DNA from: Candidatus Omnitrophota bacterium
Lineage (GTDB): Bacteria; Omnitrophota; Gorgyraeia; JAHIPI01
Assembly (NCBI GenBank): GCA_018894435.1
Contig: JAHIPI010000027.1
Location: 1,552-65,551 of the forward strand
Length of the DNA: 64,000 nt
Direction of reading: 5' to 3'
The notes beneath the pieces were generated by a model. It made no database searches. It saw nothing but the letters and a program-made list of their open reading frames with translations, and was not told where the DNA came from. Positions 10,604-18,880 of the stretch are shown here, piece after piece. Position 1 is the stretch's first letter, and each line of letters begins with the position of its first letter. The position numbers and the translations under genes are program-made.

Positions 10604-10942
10604 TTATTTTTTCAGCCACTTTGTAATCTTAGGGTTCCGGCTCAGTTTGTCTATCTTCTTGTAAACTGTTACCGCCTCCTCATATCTTTTCTCAGCCAAA
10701 AGCGACTCTGCCTCATCATAAAGCGGCTTTATCTCAGAAAGTATACCTTGAAGTTTGTCTTGCGCTTGCTCCTCCCAAATCTTTTGCTCGATCTCCTTTA
10801 TGCGTACCTTCGCTTTCCTCGCCAGCTCATCTATGTTGTATCTGTAGAATTCGGCACGGGAGGTACTAGTAAATAGCAGAACAACTAATATGGTCATTGC
10901 GAGCGCCGCGAAGCGGCGCGTGGCAATCTCAAAGTTTTTCAT
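10604..10942 (-). CDS. Small secreted/periplasmic helical protein with a TPR-like segment
   Basis: 112 aa. N-terminal signal peptide (MKNFEIATRRFAALAMTILVVLLFTSTSRA). The motif LYDEAESLLAEKRYEEAVTVYKKI resembles the C-terminal repeats of the adjacent TpsB. Confidence 0.5.
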   Translation of the reverse strand: MKNFEIATRRFAALAMTILVVLLFTSTSRAEFYRYNIDELARKAKVRIKEIEQKIWEEQAQDKLQGILSEIKPLYDEAESLLAEKRYEEAVTVYKKIDKLSRNPKITKWLKK

Positions 10943-11219
10943 ATAGATCCGTAAATTTAGGATTCAAGCTGTTTATCAAATCTATCTTCTTCTTTCTAGA
11001 ACCAGCTTTAATCTGTTTTTCTCTTGCGATAGCCGTTTCAATATCGTCAAATACTTCATAATATACCAGCTTGTCAACATTGTATTTCTTGGTAAATCCC
11101 TCTACCATCTTATGCTTGTGTTCATACGCTCTCTTACGTAAATCGCTTGTAACGCCTGTGTAAATAACCGCATCCCCTTTGTTAGTCATTAAATAGACGT
11201 AGCCTTGCTTTTCATGCAT
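10929..11219 (-). CDS. GIY-YIG nuclease family protein (UPF0213-like, 96 aa)
   Basis: GYVYLMTNKGDAVIYTGVTSDLRKRAYEH matches the GIY-(x10)-YTG...R...EH core of GIY-YIG; the size is typical of the family. Confidence 0.8.
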   Translation of the reverse strand: MHEKQGYVYLMTNKGDAVIYTGVTSDLRKRAYEHKHKMVEGFTKKYNVDKLVYYEVFDDIETAIAREKQIKAGSRKKKIDLINSLNPKFTDLYEKL

Positions 11220-11231
11220 ATTTTATTTATT

Positions 11232-11270
11232 GAGATTGCTTCGTCCCGCCAAGGCGGGACTCGCAATGAC
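11232..11270. repeat. Family-C palindromic element (GTCATTGCG-NNN-CCCGCC-NNGG-CGGG-NN-GAAGCAATCTC), minus orientation
   Basis: Its reverse complement, gtcattgcgagtcccgccttggcgggacgaagcaatctc, is nearly identical to the plus-strand 39-mer at 33049..33088. Confidence 0.55.
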
Positions 11271-11280
11271 ACAGCCCCCC

Positions 11281-13482
11281 TTATCTCGCGAGCTCCAATG
11301 CCCTTTGATACGCTTCCCCGGCCTTTTCGAGGTCGCCTTCTTTATCGTACTTTTCTGCCTCTTCAAAGGCCTTGACCGCCGCCTCTTCTTCCGAATTTCC
11401 CGTGTGGCTCCAAGCCAGTTCAAGTACCTTCACATACGCCTCTTTTGCCTTTTTCCAATCTCCTTCTTTCTGGTATTTCACTGCCTGCTCAAACGTCATC
11501 TGCGCTTCTTCCTCTTTCTGGATAGTATCTTTTATCTCCACCTGAGTGCCGGTAATGACCTGGTCACGCAGCTCAACGACCTTGGCATACAGTTCCTTTG
11601 CCTCTTCGTAGCGGCCTTCCTGCTCCAGCGCCTGAGCCGTCTCAAACGAGTCTTTCATCTCCACTGACGGTGTTTCGTGCTTTACCTTCGTCAGTCTGTC
11701 TTCTATCCTCGTATACATCATCTCTTGTAAAAGCTGTTCATACTCGGCGAGTGACGGCTCCTCAAAGCTGAAATACATGTGCGCCTTGGGGCTTCTGCCG
11801 TAAGACGAGGCATCGCCGACAGGCCAGGCAACGTCATACCGAGCGGAGAGGCAATTCATAATATTTGCCCTTCCGCCAAAACCTACGCCTATGAAATTAT
11901 GGTTATGCCTTGGCGTCGGGCTGGGCTCTCGGTAGTGCGCAAAGCCCCAGTCGGCAAATATCGTGCCCTGCAGGACGCGCCTCGGATGTATACCCTCAAT
12001 GTGAAAACTGTCCGGAATAAAATAAAACGGATAACGTAATTCTATGCTCGCATTGTTGCCGTAATCGCCCAATGCGTCGCCTTCGCCGTAGCCCCTCACC
12101 GTATACATGCCGCCAATTCTATACTGCTCGGAACTTACAAGCGGATTATTTGACGCCTGTCCCGCCGCGCTCAAAAGAAGGTACGTTGAAAGAGGCATGG
12201 CGTTCATGCGAGAAATGGAGTAGGTATATTTAACAAATTTCCCGCCGCCTTTTTCTCTGGAGGAGTGTATGTCGTTCTCGTCCATAGAGTCCAGGAAATT
12301 AGGGAATGAAACGTTCAGCTCGTTTCTGAGCTGCGTCCTCCCGACGGCATCGCTCTCGTCAAGCGTAAAGGCGCCTTTCATAATCCGCAGTTTGTCGCGC
12401 GAATCCAAAACACCGCCTATGGTGGTCTTTGCCTCTTTTATGTCCATGCCACCGTCAATGGTGCCACCCAATGTGCCGGATTTGTAAGTAAGGTTAAAAA
12501 CGGGGTGCGACATAAAGGGCGATACCGTTCCCGACCAGCTTTTTATACCGTAATCCTGAAAATCACCGCCTATTCTCGATTTAAAGTAAGACGCGGAAAT
12601 CCCCAGCTTTGTACCGGATTCGTTAACGGGTATCGTGTAGTCTGCTATCCAGCCATAAAAATTGAATGTATCGGATCTCATGAAACGGCCGAAGAAGCGG
12701 TCGTCCCAGCCGAGGAGCGAGTTGTCTTCCAGTCCAAGGGTAAGACGCCAATTACCTGTCGTATTATTGCCGGTGTTATCAAAACTCAAAAAAGGATGCA
12801 CCGGCGGCCTGTCCTTTACTTTTATCATTACGTCGCTCGTGTCCGGAAGCGAGCCGCGGTAAAGTACGGCCCGCACAATTCTATCGGGGCTCTGGTTTAG
12901 ATACAAGAGGTCGTCTCTTAAGTCATTGTAATCTAAGATGTCGCCCCTATTGTTATTAATGCGTCTCTTTATTACGGACTCGTTTGAATTCTGAACGCCC
13001 TCTATATTGATATTGCCGTATTTGCCTTCAAGGACTTTTATGGTAACGGTATTGTCTGCGATCGTCTGCGGCGGGACATATGCCTGCGAGGTTATATAAC
13101 CTTCCGATGTGTAAAGAGCGCTTATCTTATTGGCCGCCTCTATAAGGTCGTTCAGTGACAATTCCCTGTTTTCGTAAGGTTGCGTGATCTCTTTAATACG
13201 CTTCTCGGGAAATACGGTATTGCCTTCTACGTTTATGTGCTCAATTAGGAATTTCTTTGTGGATTCGGCCTCGGGGACTGCTATTTTCTTTTCTTCGTCT
13301 TCTATGTTTACTTTTGGCTGGGGTTTGAAACCTTGGAAAGGTTTTTGCTTCAAGATAGCGCTGCCCTCTTTGCCCGCTGTAGGTATGGGTGGTTGAGCGC
13401 GCAACAAAGAAGCCGTGAAGATACAGACGGCTAAAAGTGCAAAAAATATGATTTTTCGTAACTCTTTTTCTTTATTAGGCAT
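11281..13482 (-). CDS. TpsB / ShlB-FhaC family outer-membrane transporter (POTRA domains plus beta-barrel) with a non-canonical C-terminal extension of about 155 aa containing three TPR-like repeats; the listed ORF extends to 13542 but the likely start is the Met at 13482
   Basis: POTRA-like FLIEHINVEGNTVFPEKRIKEITQ...VTIKVLEGKYGNINIEG. Barrel region ending ...KAHMYFSF. Then FETAQALEQEGRYEEAKELYAKVVEL / FEQAVKYQKEGDWKKAKEAYVKVLEL / FEEAEKYDKEGDLEKAGEAYQRALEL. Signal peptide MPNKEKELRKIIFFALLAVCIFTASLLRAQ follows the second Met. Confidence 0.8.
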   Translation of the reverse strand: MPNKEKELRKIIFFALLAVCIFTASLLRAQPPIPTAGKEGSAILKQKPFQGFKPQPKVNIEDEEKKIAVPEAESTKKFLIEHINVEGNTVFPEKRIKEITQPYENRELSLNDLIEAANKISALYTSEGYITSQAYVPPQTIADNTVTIKVLEGKYGNINIEGVQNSNESVIKRRINNNRGDILDYNDLRDDLLYLNQSPDRIVRAVLYRGSLPDTSDVMIKVKDRPPVHPFLSFDNTGNNTTGNWRLTLGLEDNSLLGWDDRFFGRFMRSDTFNFYGWIADYTIPVNESGTKLGISASYFKSRIGGDFQDYGIKSWSGTVSPFMSHPVFNLTYKSGTLGGTIDGGMDIKEAKTTIGGVLDSRDKLRIMKGAFTLDESDAVGRTQLRNELNVSFPNFLDSMDENDIHSSREKGGGKFVKYTYSISRMNAMPLSTYLLLSAAGQASNNPLVSSEQYRIGGMYTVRGYGEGDALGDYGNNASIELRYPFYFIPDSFHIEGIHPRRVLQGTIFADWGFAHYREPSPTPRHNHNFIGVGFGGRANIMNCLSARYDVAWPVGDASSYGRSPKAHMYFSFEEPSLAEYEQLLQEMMYTRIEDRLTKVKHETPSVEMKDSFETAQALEQEGRYEEAKELYAKVVELRDQVITGTQVEIKDTIQKEEEAQMTFEQAVKYQKEGDWKKAKEAYVKVLELAWSHTGNSEEEAAVKAFEEAEKYDKEGDLEKAGEAYQRALELAR

Positions 13483-13513
13483 ATGTGTATTTGCGCTAAT
13501 TATATTACTAACA

Positions 13514-13542
13514 ATAATACCTGATTTTTTGGGTTTAGTCAA
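13514..13542 (-). promoter_or_regulatory. Candidate sigma70 promoter for tpsB (TTGACT-17-TATTAT on the minus strand)
   Basis: Reverse complement of 13514..13542 is ttgact aaacccaaaaaatcagg tattat. It lies inside the first 20 codons of the longest ORF, which supports the downstream Met at 13482 as the true start. Confidence 0.4.
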
Positions 13543-13579
13543 CCCTTCGACGCACTATTTTGTAAAATCTAGCGGGTTT

Positions 13580-13599
13580 GCTCAGGGTTGACCCTGAGC
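13580..13599. other. Short perfect hairpin gctcagggt-tg-accctgagc downstream of kdsC, with no U-tract
   Basis: Read directly from the sequence. Confidence 0.3.
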
Positions 13600-13630
13600 G
13601 TAGTCGAATGGGTCAAGGCTGGAAGGTAAA

Positions 13631-14152
13631 TTAGACGTACCTTTTCATCAATTCTTGCCACTTTCCCTGGGCCTTCAGGATAATCTCTATGACTTCGCGC
13701 ACTGCGCCGCGTCCGCCCCCTTTTGAGGTTACATAATGGGCGGCTTCAAGGACTTCCGGTACGGCATTGGATACCGCTACGGCAAGACCGACTTTTCTCA
13801 AAACCGGCAGGTCCACAAGATCATCGCCGATGAAACAGACCTCTTCGGGAATGACTTTAAAATCGGACAATATCTCCCCGTATGCATCCGCCTTGCGTAC
13901 GGCATTCTGGTAGGATTTGTCTATATTGAGGGTTTTTGCTCTTTTTGCCACAATCTGTGACTTTTTGGCGGTAAGTATAGCGGTTTTAAGGCCGGCCCTT
14001 TTAAATAGCGACAGCCCCATGCCGTCAGTCACGTCAAAAAATTTGAGTTCATCTCCTGAATTTGTGTATATTATGCGGCCGTCTGTCAGGACGCCATCCA
14101 CGTCCATTACAAGTAGTTTGATCTTTTTAGCTTTTTCGTTTATCATCGTCAT
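13631..14152 (-). CDS. kdsC: 3-deoxy-D-manno-octulosonate 8-phosphate phosphatase (HAD-IIIA)
   Basis: LLVMDVDGVLTDGRIIY ... FIGDDLVDLPVLRKVGLAVAVSNA; 173 aa; lies in a kds operon. Confidence 0.85.
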   Translation of the reverse strand: MTMINEKAKKIKLLVMDVDGVLTDGRIIYTNSGDELKFFDVTDGMGLSLFKRAGLKTAILTAKKSQIVAKRAKTLNIDKSYQNAVRKADAYGEILSDFKVIPEEVCFIGDDLVDLPVLRKVGLAVAVSNAVPEVLEAAHYVTSKGGGRGAVREVIEIILKAQGKWQELMKRYV

Positions 14153-14154
14153 TT

Positions 14155-14182
14155 GGGGTCAGACCCTCGTTATGTAAACTAC
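14155..14182 (+). repeat. REP unit (family A) GGGGTCAGACCCTCGTTATGTAAACTAC; single arm
   Basis: Fills the kdsD-kdsC junction; its CTA supplies the TAG stop of kdsD. Confidence 0.8.
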
Positions 14183-15138
14183 ACCAGCCCCGCTTTCAGT
14201 AGATCCTGCACGTCCAGAAGCCCTGCGGGCCGGCCCTTGCGGTCAACCACCGGCATTTCGTCTATCTTTTTGGACTGTAATATCCGAAGGGCGTCAATTG
14301 CCATGGCCTCTTCCCCGATAGTTATAGGGTTCTTTGTCATTACCTCTTTTACGCGCTTACGCGTAATATCGCCTTTCGCCCTCACCTGGCGCCTCAGGTC
14401 GCCGTCGGTAAATATGCCTCGCAATACGCCGCTTTTATCAACAATGCTCGCTGAACCTGCGCGGGCGCGCGTTATCTTCAATAAAATTTCTCTCACCAGC
14501 TCGTCTTCACGCGCCACGGGATTAGCATCGCCCTTTCGCATTATGTCTTTCACCCTCAAAAGAAGCCGCTTGCCTAAATTGCCGCCGGGATGGTAGAGCG
14601 CAAAATGTTCTATTTTGAAACCTTTTTTCGCCTGCACCGCCACAGATAGCGCATCGCCCATCGCGAGCATAACGGTCGTGCTCGTAGTAGGAGCAAGCCC
14701 GAACGGGCACGCCTCTTTATTTATGCCGACATTCAGGACGCAGTCCGCGTTTCTCGCGAGCGTGGAAGACACATTGCCAACCATCGCAATAAGCGTGGCT
14801 CCTATCCGCTTTACAATCGGCAGTAAACTTATTATCTCCTCTGTCTCGCCGCTATTGGATATAGCTATAAGGCAGTCGTTCTTTGTAACTCTGCCAAGGT
14901 CGCCGTGCAGCGCCTCCGCGGGATGCAAATAAATGCTCGGCGTCCCCGTTGATGAGAAAGTCGCGGATATCTTCTGCGCTATAAATCCGGGTTTTCCCAT
15001 GCCGGTTACTATTACGTGGCCCTTTGTCTTCAGGACGATTTTTACCGCCTTCACAAAATTTGAATCTATCCTTTTTATGAGGTCTTGTATGGCTTTTGCT
15101 TCTATTTTCAGCACTTCTTTGGCTTTTTTTATCGACAT
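14179..15138 (-). CDS. kdsD: Arabinose-5-phosphate isomerase (SIS plus tandem CBS domains)
   Basis: GHVIVTGMGKPGFIAQKISATFSSTGTPSIYLHPAEALHGDLG; the C-terminal half has CBS-domain character. Confidence 0.85.
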   Translation of the reverse strand: MSIKKAKEVLKIEAKAIQDLIKRIDSNFVKAVKIVLKTKGHVIVTGMGKPGFIAQKISATFSSTGTPSIYLHPAEALHGDLGRVTKNDCLIAISNSGETEEIISLLPIVKRIGATLIAMVGNVSSTLARNADCVLNVGINKEACPFGLAPTTSTTVMLAMGDALSVAVQAKKGFKIEHFALYHPGGNLGKRLLLRVKDIMRKGDANPVAREDELVREILLKITRARAGSASIVDKSGVLRGIFTDGDLRRQVRAKGDITRKRVKEVMTKNPITIGEEAMAIDALRILQSKKIDEMPVVDRKGRPAGLLDVQDLLKAGLV

Positions 15139-15151
15139 AACCCCTCTTTAT

Positions 15152-15206
15152 GGGGTCAGACCCTCGTTATGTTAACTACGTAGTTTACATAATCAGGGTC
15201 TGACCC
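15152..15206. repeat. REPIN: inverted doublet of family-A REP units forming a palindrome of about 55 bp
   Basis: ggggtcagaccctcgttatgttaactac|gtagtttacataatcagggtctgaccc. Encodes the last codons (IRVRP) and the stop of kdsA. Confidence 0.85.
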
Positions 15207-16017
15207 TAATGACCTTCTCTATTTTTTTCATTTTTTCAAGTATCGCCGGCAATTCCGCCAAAGGCAGCATATTCGGGCCGTCGCATGGAGCCTTGTCCGG
15301 CGCTTCGTGTACCTCTACAAATATGCCGTCTACGCCAACCGAGATAGCCGCATAAATAAGCGGCTCTATAAAACGCCTCTCCCCGCCGCTTGCCGCCCCA
15401 AGTGAGCCCGGCAGCTGTACCGAATGGCTCGCATCATAAATAACCGGTACCCCGAACCCCCGCATTATCAAAATGGAGCGAAAATCACTCACAAGATTAT
15501 TGTATCCGAATATCGTGCCGCGTTCTGTGATTATTACTTTATTATTACCCGCGGAGGCGGCCTTTTCTATAGAGTGCTTCATGTCCCACGGAGAAAGGAA
15601 CTGCCCCTTCTTTATATTCACTATTCTTTTCGTCTTTGCCGCCGCTATTATAAGGCTGGTCTGCCTTGAAAGAAGCGCCGGTATCTGCAAAATATCGAGG
15701 ACCTCGCCCGCTCTTTTCGCCTCTTCTTCCGTATGCACGTCGCTCAGGATAAATACGCCGAGCGAGTCCTTCACCTTCTTCAGTATCTTAAGGCCTTTAT
15801 CTATGCCCGGCCCCCTGTAAGATTTAACTGATGTCCTGTTTGCCTTGTCATAACTCGATTTAAATATAAAAGGCACCTTCGCTTTATCGGTAATCTTCTT
15901 GAGCCGTTCAGCGTGGCGCATCGTGCTTTTTTCGTCTTCTATGACACACGGCCCGGCTATTAAAACAGCGGGATTGTTGCCGCCTATTTTTATTTTGCCC
16001 AAAGTAACTACGTTCAT
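15193..16017 (-). CDS. kdsA: 2-dehydro-3-deoxyphosphooctonate aldolase (KDO-8-P synthase)
   Basis: LIAGPCVIEDE...FKSSYDKANRTSVKSYRGPG. Confidence 0.9.
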   Translation of the reverse strand: MNVVTLGKIKIGGNNPAVLIAGPCVIEDEKSTMRHAERLKKITDKAKVPFIFKSSYDKANRTSVKSYRGPGIDKGLKILKKVKDSLGVFILSDVHTEEEAKRAGEVLDILQIPALLSRQTSLIIAAAKTKRIVNIKKGQFLSPWDMKHSIEKAASAGNNKVIITERGTIFGYNNLVSDFRSILIMRGFGVPVIYDASHSVQLPGSLGAASGGERRFIEPLIYAAISVGVDGIFVEVHEAPDKAPCDGPNMLPLAELPAILEKMKKIEKVIRVRP

Positions 16018-16739
16018 TTGGCACCCATAATAGTTCTCGCGCGTTCCAAATCTTCCGGGGTATCTATTCCTATAGTATCGAACTTCGTTTCTATAACCTT
16101 TATCTTATATCCCGATTCCAAAACGCGCAGCTGCTCAAGCCCCTCGGTCATCTCAAGATGCGATTTCGGGAGATTGGTAAACTGAAAGAGGAAATCCTTG
16201 GTATAGGCATATATCCCTATATGCTTATAGTACATTGGCGTCGTCTCATGCCTGCGGTAGGGTATAATCGAGCGCGAAAAATATAAAGCGAAGCCGTTTT
16301 TGTCCTTCACCACCTTGACTACGTTCGGATTTTCTATCTCGCTCTTATCCTCTATCTTCTTTGCCAGGGTGGCCATATAGACATCTTTATCGTCCAAAAT
16401 CGCTCTCGCCAGATCGTCTATCATCTCGGGCCGCACCATCGGCTCATCGCCCTGGATATTTATAATCACCTTAACGTCCAAAGGGTTTACCACTTCTATT
16501 AATCTGTCGCTCCCCGACGGCTGGTCCGGCGAAGTATATATGGCCTTTGCGCCAAAATCCGTCGCCGCTCTAAGCACCCTTTCATCGTCGGTCGCGATTA
16601 TAAGATCGTCCACCATCTTGGCTTTTTTAGCGCTCTCCCACACGTGCTGGACAACGGGTTTACCCAAAAGATCGGCAAGAACCTTGCCGGCGAACCTCGC
16701 CGAGCTGAATCTCGCCGGAATAACTCCTATTACATTCAT
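16014..16739 (-). CDS. kdsB: 3-deoxy-manno-octulosonate cytidylyltransferase (CMP-KDO synthetase)
   Basis: MNVIGVIPARFSSARFAGKVLADLLGKPVVQHV; 241 aa. Confidence 0.9.
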   Translation of the reverse strand: MNVIGVIPARFSSARFAGKVLADLLGKPVVQHVWESAKKAKMVDDLIIATDDERVLRAATDFGAKAIYTSPDQPSGSDRLIEVVNPLDVKVIINIQGDEPMVRPEMIDDLARAILDDKDVYMATLAKKIEDKSEIENPNVVKVVKDKNGFALYFSRSIIPYRRHETTPMYYKHIGIYAYTKDFLFQFTNLPKSHLEMTEGLEQLRVLESGYKIKVIETKFDTIGIDTPEDLERARTIMGAK

Positions 16740-16759
16740 TTAGAGCTCCTTGACTGGTC

Positions 16760-16811
16760 GCGGGACACGTTCCTTAAGAATCGCTAATTTAATCGCCGGA
16801 ACATGTCCCGC
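16760..16811. other. 14-bp-stem hairpin (gcgggacacgttcc ... ggaacatgtcccgc) between the hldE-like gene and kdsB; contains the GTCCCGC core shared with family C
   Basis: Inverted repeat with one mismatch and a 24-nt loop. Confidence 0.4.
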
Positions 16812-16846
16812 CGTTTGGCATTACAACCATTCTTTGCGTTATTGGT

Positions 16847-17857
16847 TCACCTGCTATGGCTACTGTCTATCTCTTTTCTAATTTTGTCTATCAATTCTTT
16901 TTGCGTAGTTACCGCGATACCGACCTTGCCGACCACTATCCCTGCCGCGCAGTTTGCTATGTGCGCCGCCTCTATAGCCTTTGCGCCGGAGGCAAGCGCC
17001 AGCGTATAGGCGCTTATGACCGTATCGCCCGCGCCTGAAACATCATACACTTCCTGCGCCACGGTGGGTATTTTTGTTATCTTGCCGTTTTTTTCGAAGA
17101 CGCACATCCCGTTCTCCCCCAAAGTAATAAGTACCGCTTCGCAATTCAGGCGCTTTAGAAGCTTTCTCCCTATATCTTCTATAGAAACGCCGTTCTCCGT
17201 CAATATGCCCGCTGCCCTCGCCGCTTCATGATGATTGGGGGTGATAGCCGTTACATTCTTGTACATCGGAAAATGGCTCTCTTTAGGGTCGACCGTTATG
17301 ATCTTTTTATGTTTTTTTGCCAGCTTTACAAGCGGAGAAAGGAGCTCCGGCACTATCACTCCCTTTCCGTAATCTTCTATTACCACAGCATCAATATGGC
17401 CTATGATCTCGTTAGCGAAATCCAGTATTTTCTTTACGGTGTCTTTGCTTATATTGCTAAGTTTTTCCCTGTCTATTCTTACTACTTGCTGGCTATGCGC
17501 TATAACTCTCGTTTTTAGGGTGGTGGGCCGCTCTGCTTCCATTATTACTCCCTCGGCATTTATCTCTCTCTTTGAAAGCTCTTCTATAAGGAGCCGCCCT
17601 CTTTCGTCATAGCCCACTGCGCCGGCCAAGTAGACTTTACAGCCGAGAGAACGTATGTTATTGGCGACATTGCTCGCGCCGCCCGGCATAAGGCTTTCTG
17701 AAGTAGCCCACACAACCGGCACCGGCGCTTCCGGGGAAATCCTCGAGACCTTGCCCCATATAAATTCATCAAGCATCAGGTCCCCTACGACAAGAACGGA
17801 GGCATTATCGAAATGCCTGATGATTTTTTTAAGTTTTTCTATTTTGAGGTCTTTCAT
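16847..17857 (-). CDS. hldE: D-glycero-beta-D-manno-heptose-7-phosphate kinase (HldE domain I / RfaE1, PfkB family); kinase domain only
   Basis: VLVVGDLMLDEFIWGKVSRISPEAPVPVV. The longest ORF begins 21 codons further upstream (MLCCFSV...); the Met at 17857 is preferred and abuts the corA stop. Confidence 0.7.
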   Translation of the reverse strand: MKDLKIEKLKKIIRHFDNASVLVVGDLMLDEFIWGKVSRISPEAPVPVVWATSESLMPGGASNVANNIRSLGCKVYLAGAVGYDERGRLLIEELSKREINAEGVIMEAERPTTLKTRVIAHSQQVVRIDREKLSNISKDTVKKILDFANEIIGHIDAVVIEDYGKGVIVPELLSPLVKLAKKHKKIITVDPKESHFPMYKNVTAITPNHHEAARAAGILTENGVSIEDIGRKLLKRLNCEAVLITLGENGMCVFEKNGKITKIPTVAQEVYDVSGAGDTVISAYTLALASGAKAIEAAHIANCAAGIVVGKVGIAVTTQKELIDKIRKEIDSSHSR

Positions 17858-17858
17858 A

Positions 17859-18830
17859 TTACAGCCATTCCTTCCGCTTGAAATACACCAGCATGCTGAT
17901 ACCGAGAAGCAACATAACAATAGATATACCCAGAAAACCGTATTCCCAATTCAGGATAGGCATATACCTGAAGTTCATGCCGTAGACACCCGTTATTAAA
18001 GTTAGCGGCATCATTATGGTAGCTATCATTGTAAGCACCTTCATTATATCGTTGGTCTTATTTGATACCGTGGAGATATACACATCAAGCGCGCTGTTCA
18101 GCACATCTCTGTAAGTGTCTATAGTGTCGTTTATGAATATCATATTATCGTAAACATCGCGGAAATAGATGCGGGTCTTGGCATGAATAAAAGGCGAATC
18201 TTCTTTCGACAGGAAATTTACCGTATCGCGCTGGGGCCCTATAAAACGCCTCATATTCAGGACTTCCTTCTTTAAAGTAAATATACTGTTAAGTATGCTC
18301 TGGGTCGGATTTTTGAGCATCTGCGTCTCGATATTTGATATCTTATAATCCATTACGTCAAGGACCGGCAGGTAATTATCCACCAGAGAATCCACCACTA
18401 GATGGAGAAGCACATCCGCTCCCTTTGCCATCGACTGCGGGTTCTTCTGTATCCTCTCCATGGTACTCGATATCCCTTTCATGAGTTCCTGATGGATAGT
18501 GATAATATAATTGCTACCGATGCACATATTCAGTTCTATCATCTTTACTTTTTGGGCGCGTGGCGTAAGCGTAGCGCCATGCATGACTATGAAAAGATAT
18601 TTCTCAAACCGGTCCACTTTCGGACGGGTGATCGTATTTATGCAGTCTTCTATAGTTAAGGGGTGCAATTCAAAGACCTTTTCTATCATATCCAGCTCTG
18701 CCTTTTCCGGGTCGATGATGTCGAGCCACAGGACGTCTTTTTCCGACTGGACAACGGCCTTCATTTCCTCGGGCTTGAGATTATTTATAATCTCGCCGTT
18801 CCCCTTGTAATAAACCAACGCTGTTGCCAT
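17859..18830 (-). CDS. corA: CorA magnesium/cobalt transporter
   Basis: C-terminal YGMNFRYMP (GMN motif) followed by two transmembrane helices. Confidence 0.85.
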   Translation of the reverse strand: MATALVYYKGNGEIINNLKPEEMKAVVQSEKDVLWLDIIDPEKAELDMIEKVFELHPLTIEDCINTITRPKVDRFEKYLFIVMHGATLTPRAQKVKMIELNMCIGSNYIITIHQELMKGISSTMERIQKNPQSMAKGADVLLHLVVDSLVDNYLPVLDVMDYKISNIETQMLKNPTQSILNSIFTLKKEVLNMRRFIGPQRDTVNFLSKEDSPFIHAKTRIYFRDVYDNMIFINDTIDTYRDVLNSALDVYISTVSNKTNDIMKVLTMIATIMMPLTLITGVYGMNFRYMPILNWEYGFLGISIVMLLLGISMLVYFKRKEWL

Positions 18831-18847
18831 AGTTCCTCCGTCACTAT

Positions 18848-18875
18848 AGTAGCGGACACTTAAGTGTCCGCTACT
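18848..18875. repeat. GTAG-hairpin (family D): AGTAGCGGACAC-TTAA-GTGTCCGCTACT
   Basis: Perfect 12-bp stem between corA and the GT9 gene. Confidence 0.6.
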
Positions 18876-18880
18876 GCTAT

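Noticed and set aside
11223-11667. ORFs 11223..11423 (-) and 11230..11667 (+) overlapping the 3' end of tpsB
   Set aside because: They are alternative-frame or antisense ORFs inside the TPR-tail coding region. They are basic/low-complexity with no domain features, and the family-C hairpin accounts for the intergenic part.
13483-13542. N-terminal 20 aa (MTKPKKSGIIVSNIISANTH) of the longest TpsB ORF
   Set aside because: A good TTGACT-17-TATTAT promoter lies inside this stretch, and the signal peptide begins immediately after the second Met. The downstream start at 13482 is preferred.
17859-17920. First 21 codons of the hldE-like ORF (MLCCFSVSACWCISSGRNGCN) overlapping the corA 3' end
   Set aside because: The region is Cys-rich and unconserved, and overlaps the corA C-terminal coding region. 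The kinase domain begins right after the next Met, which abuts the corA stop.
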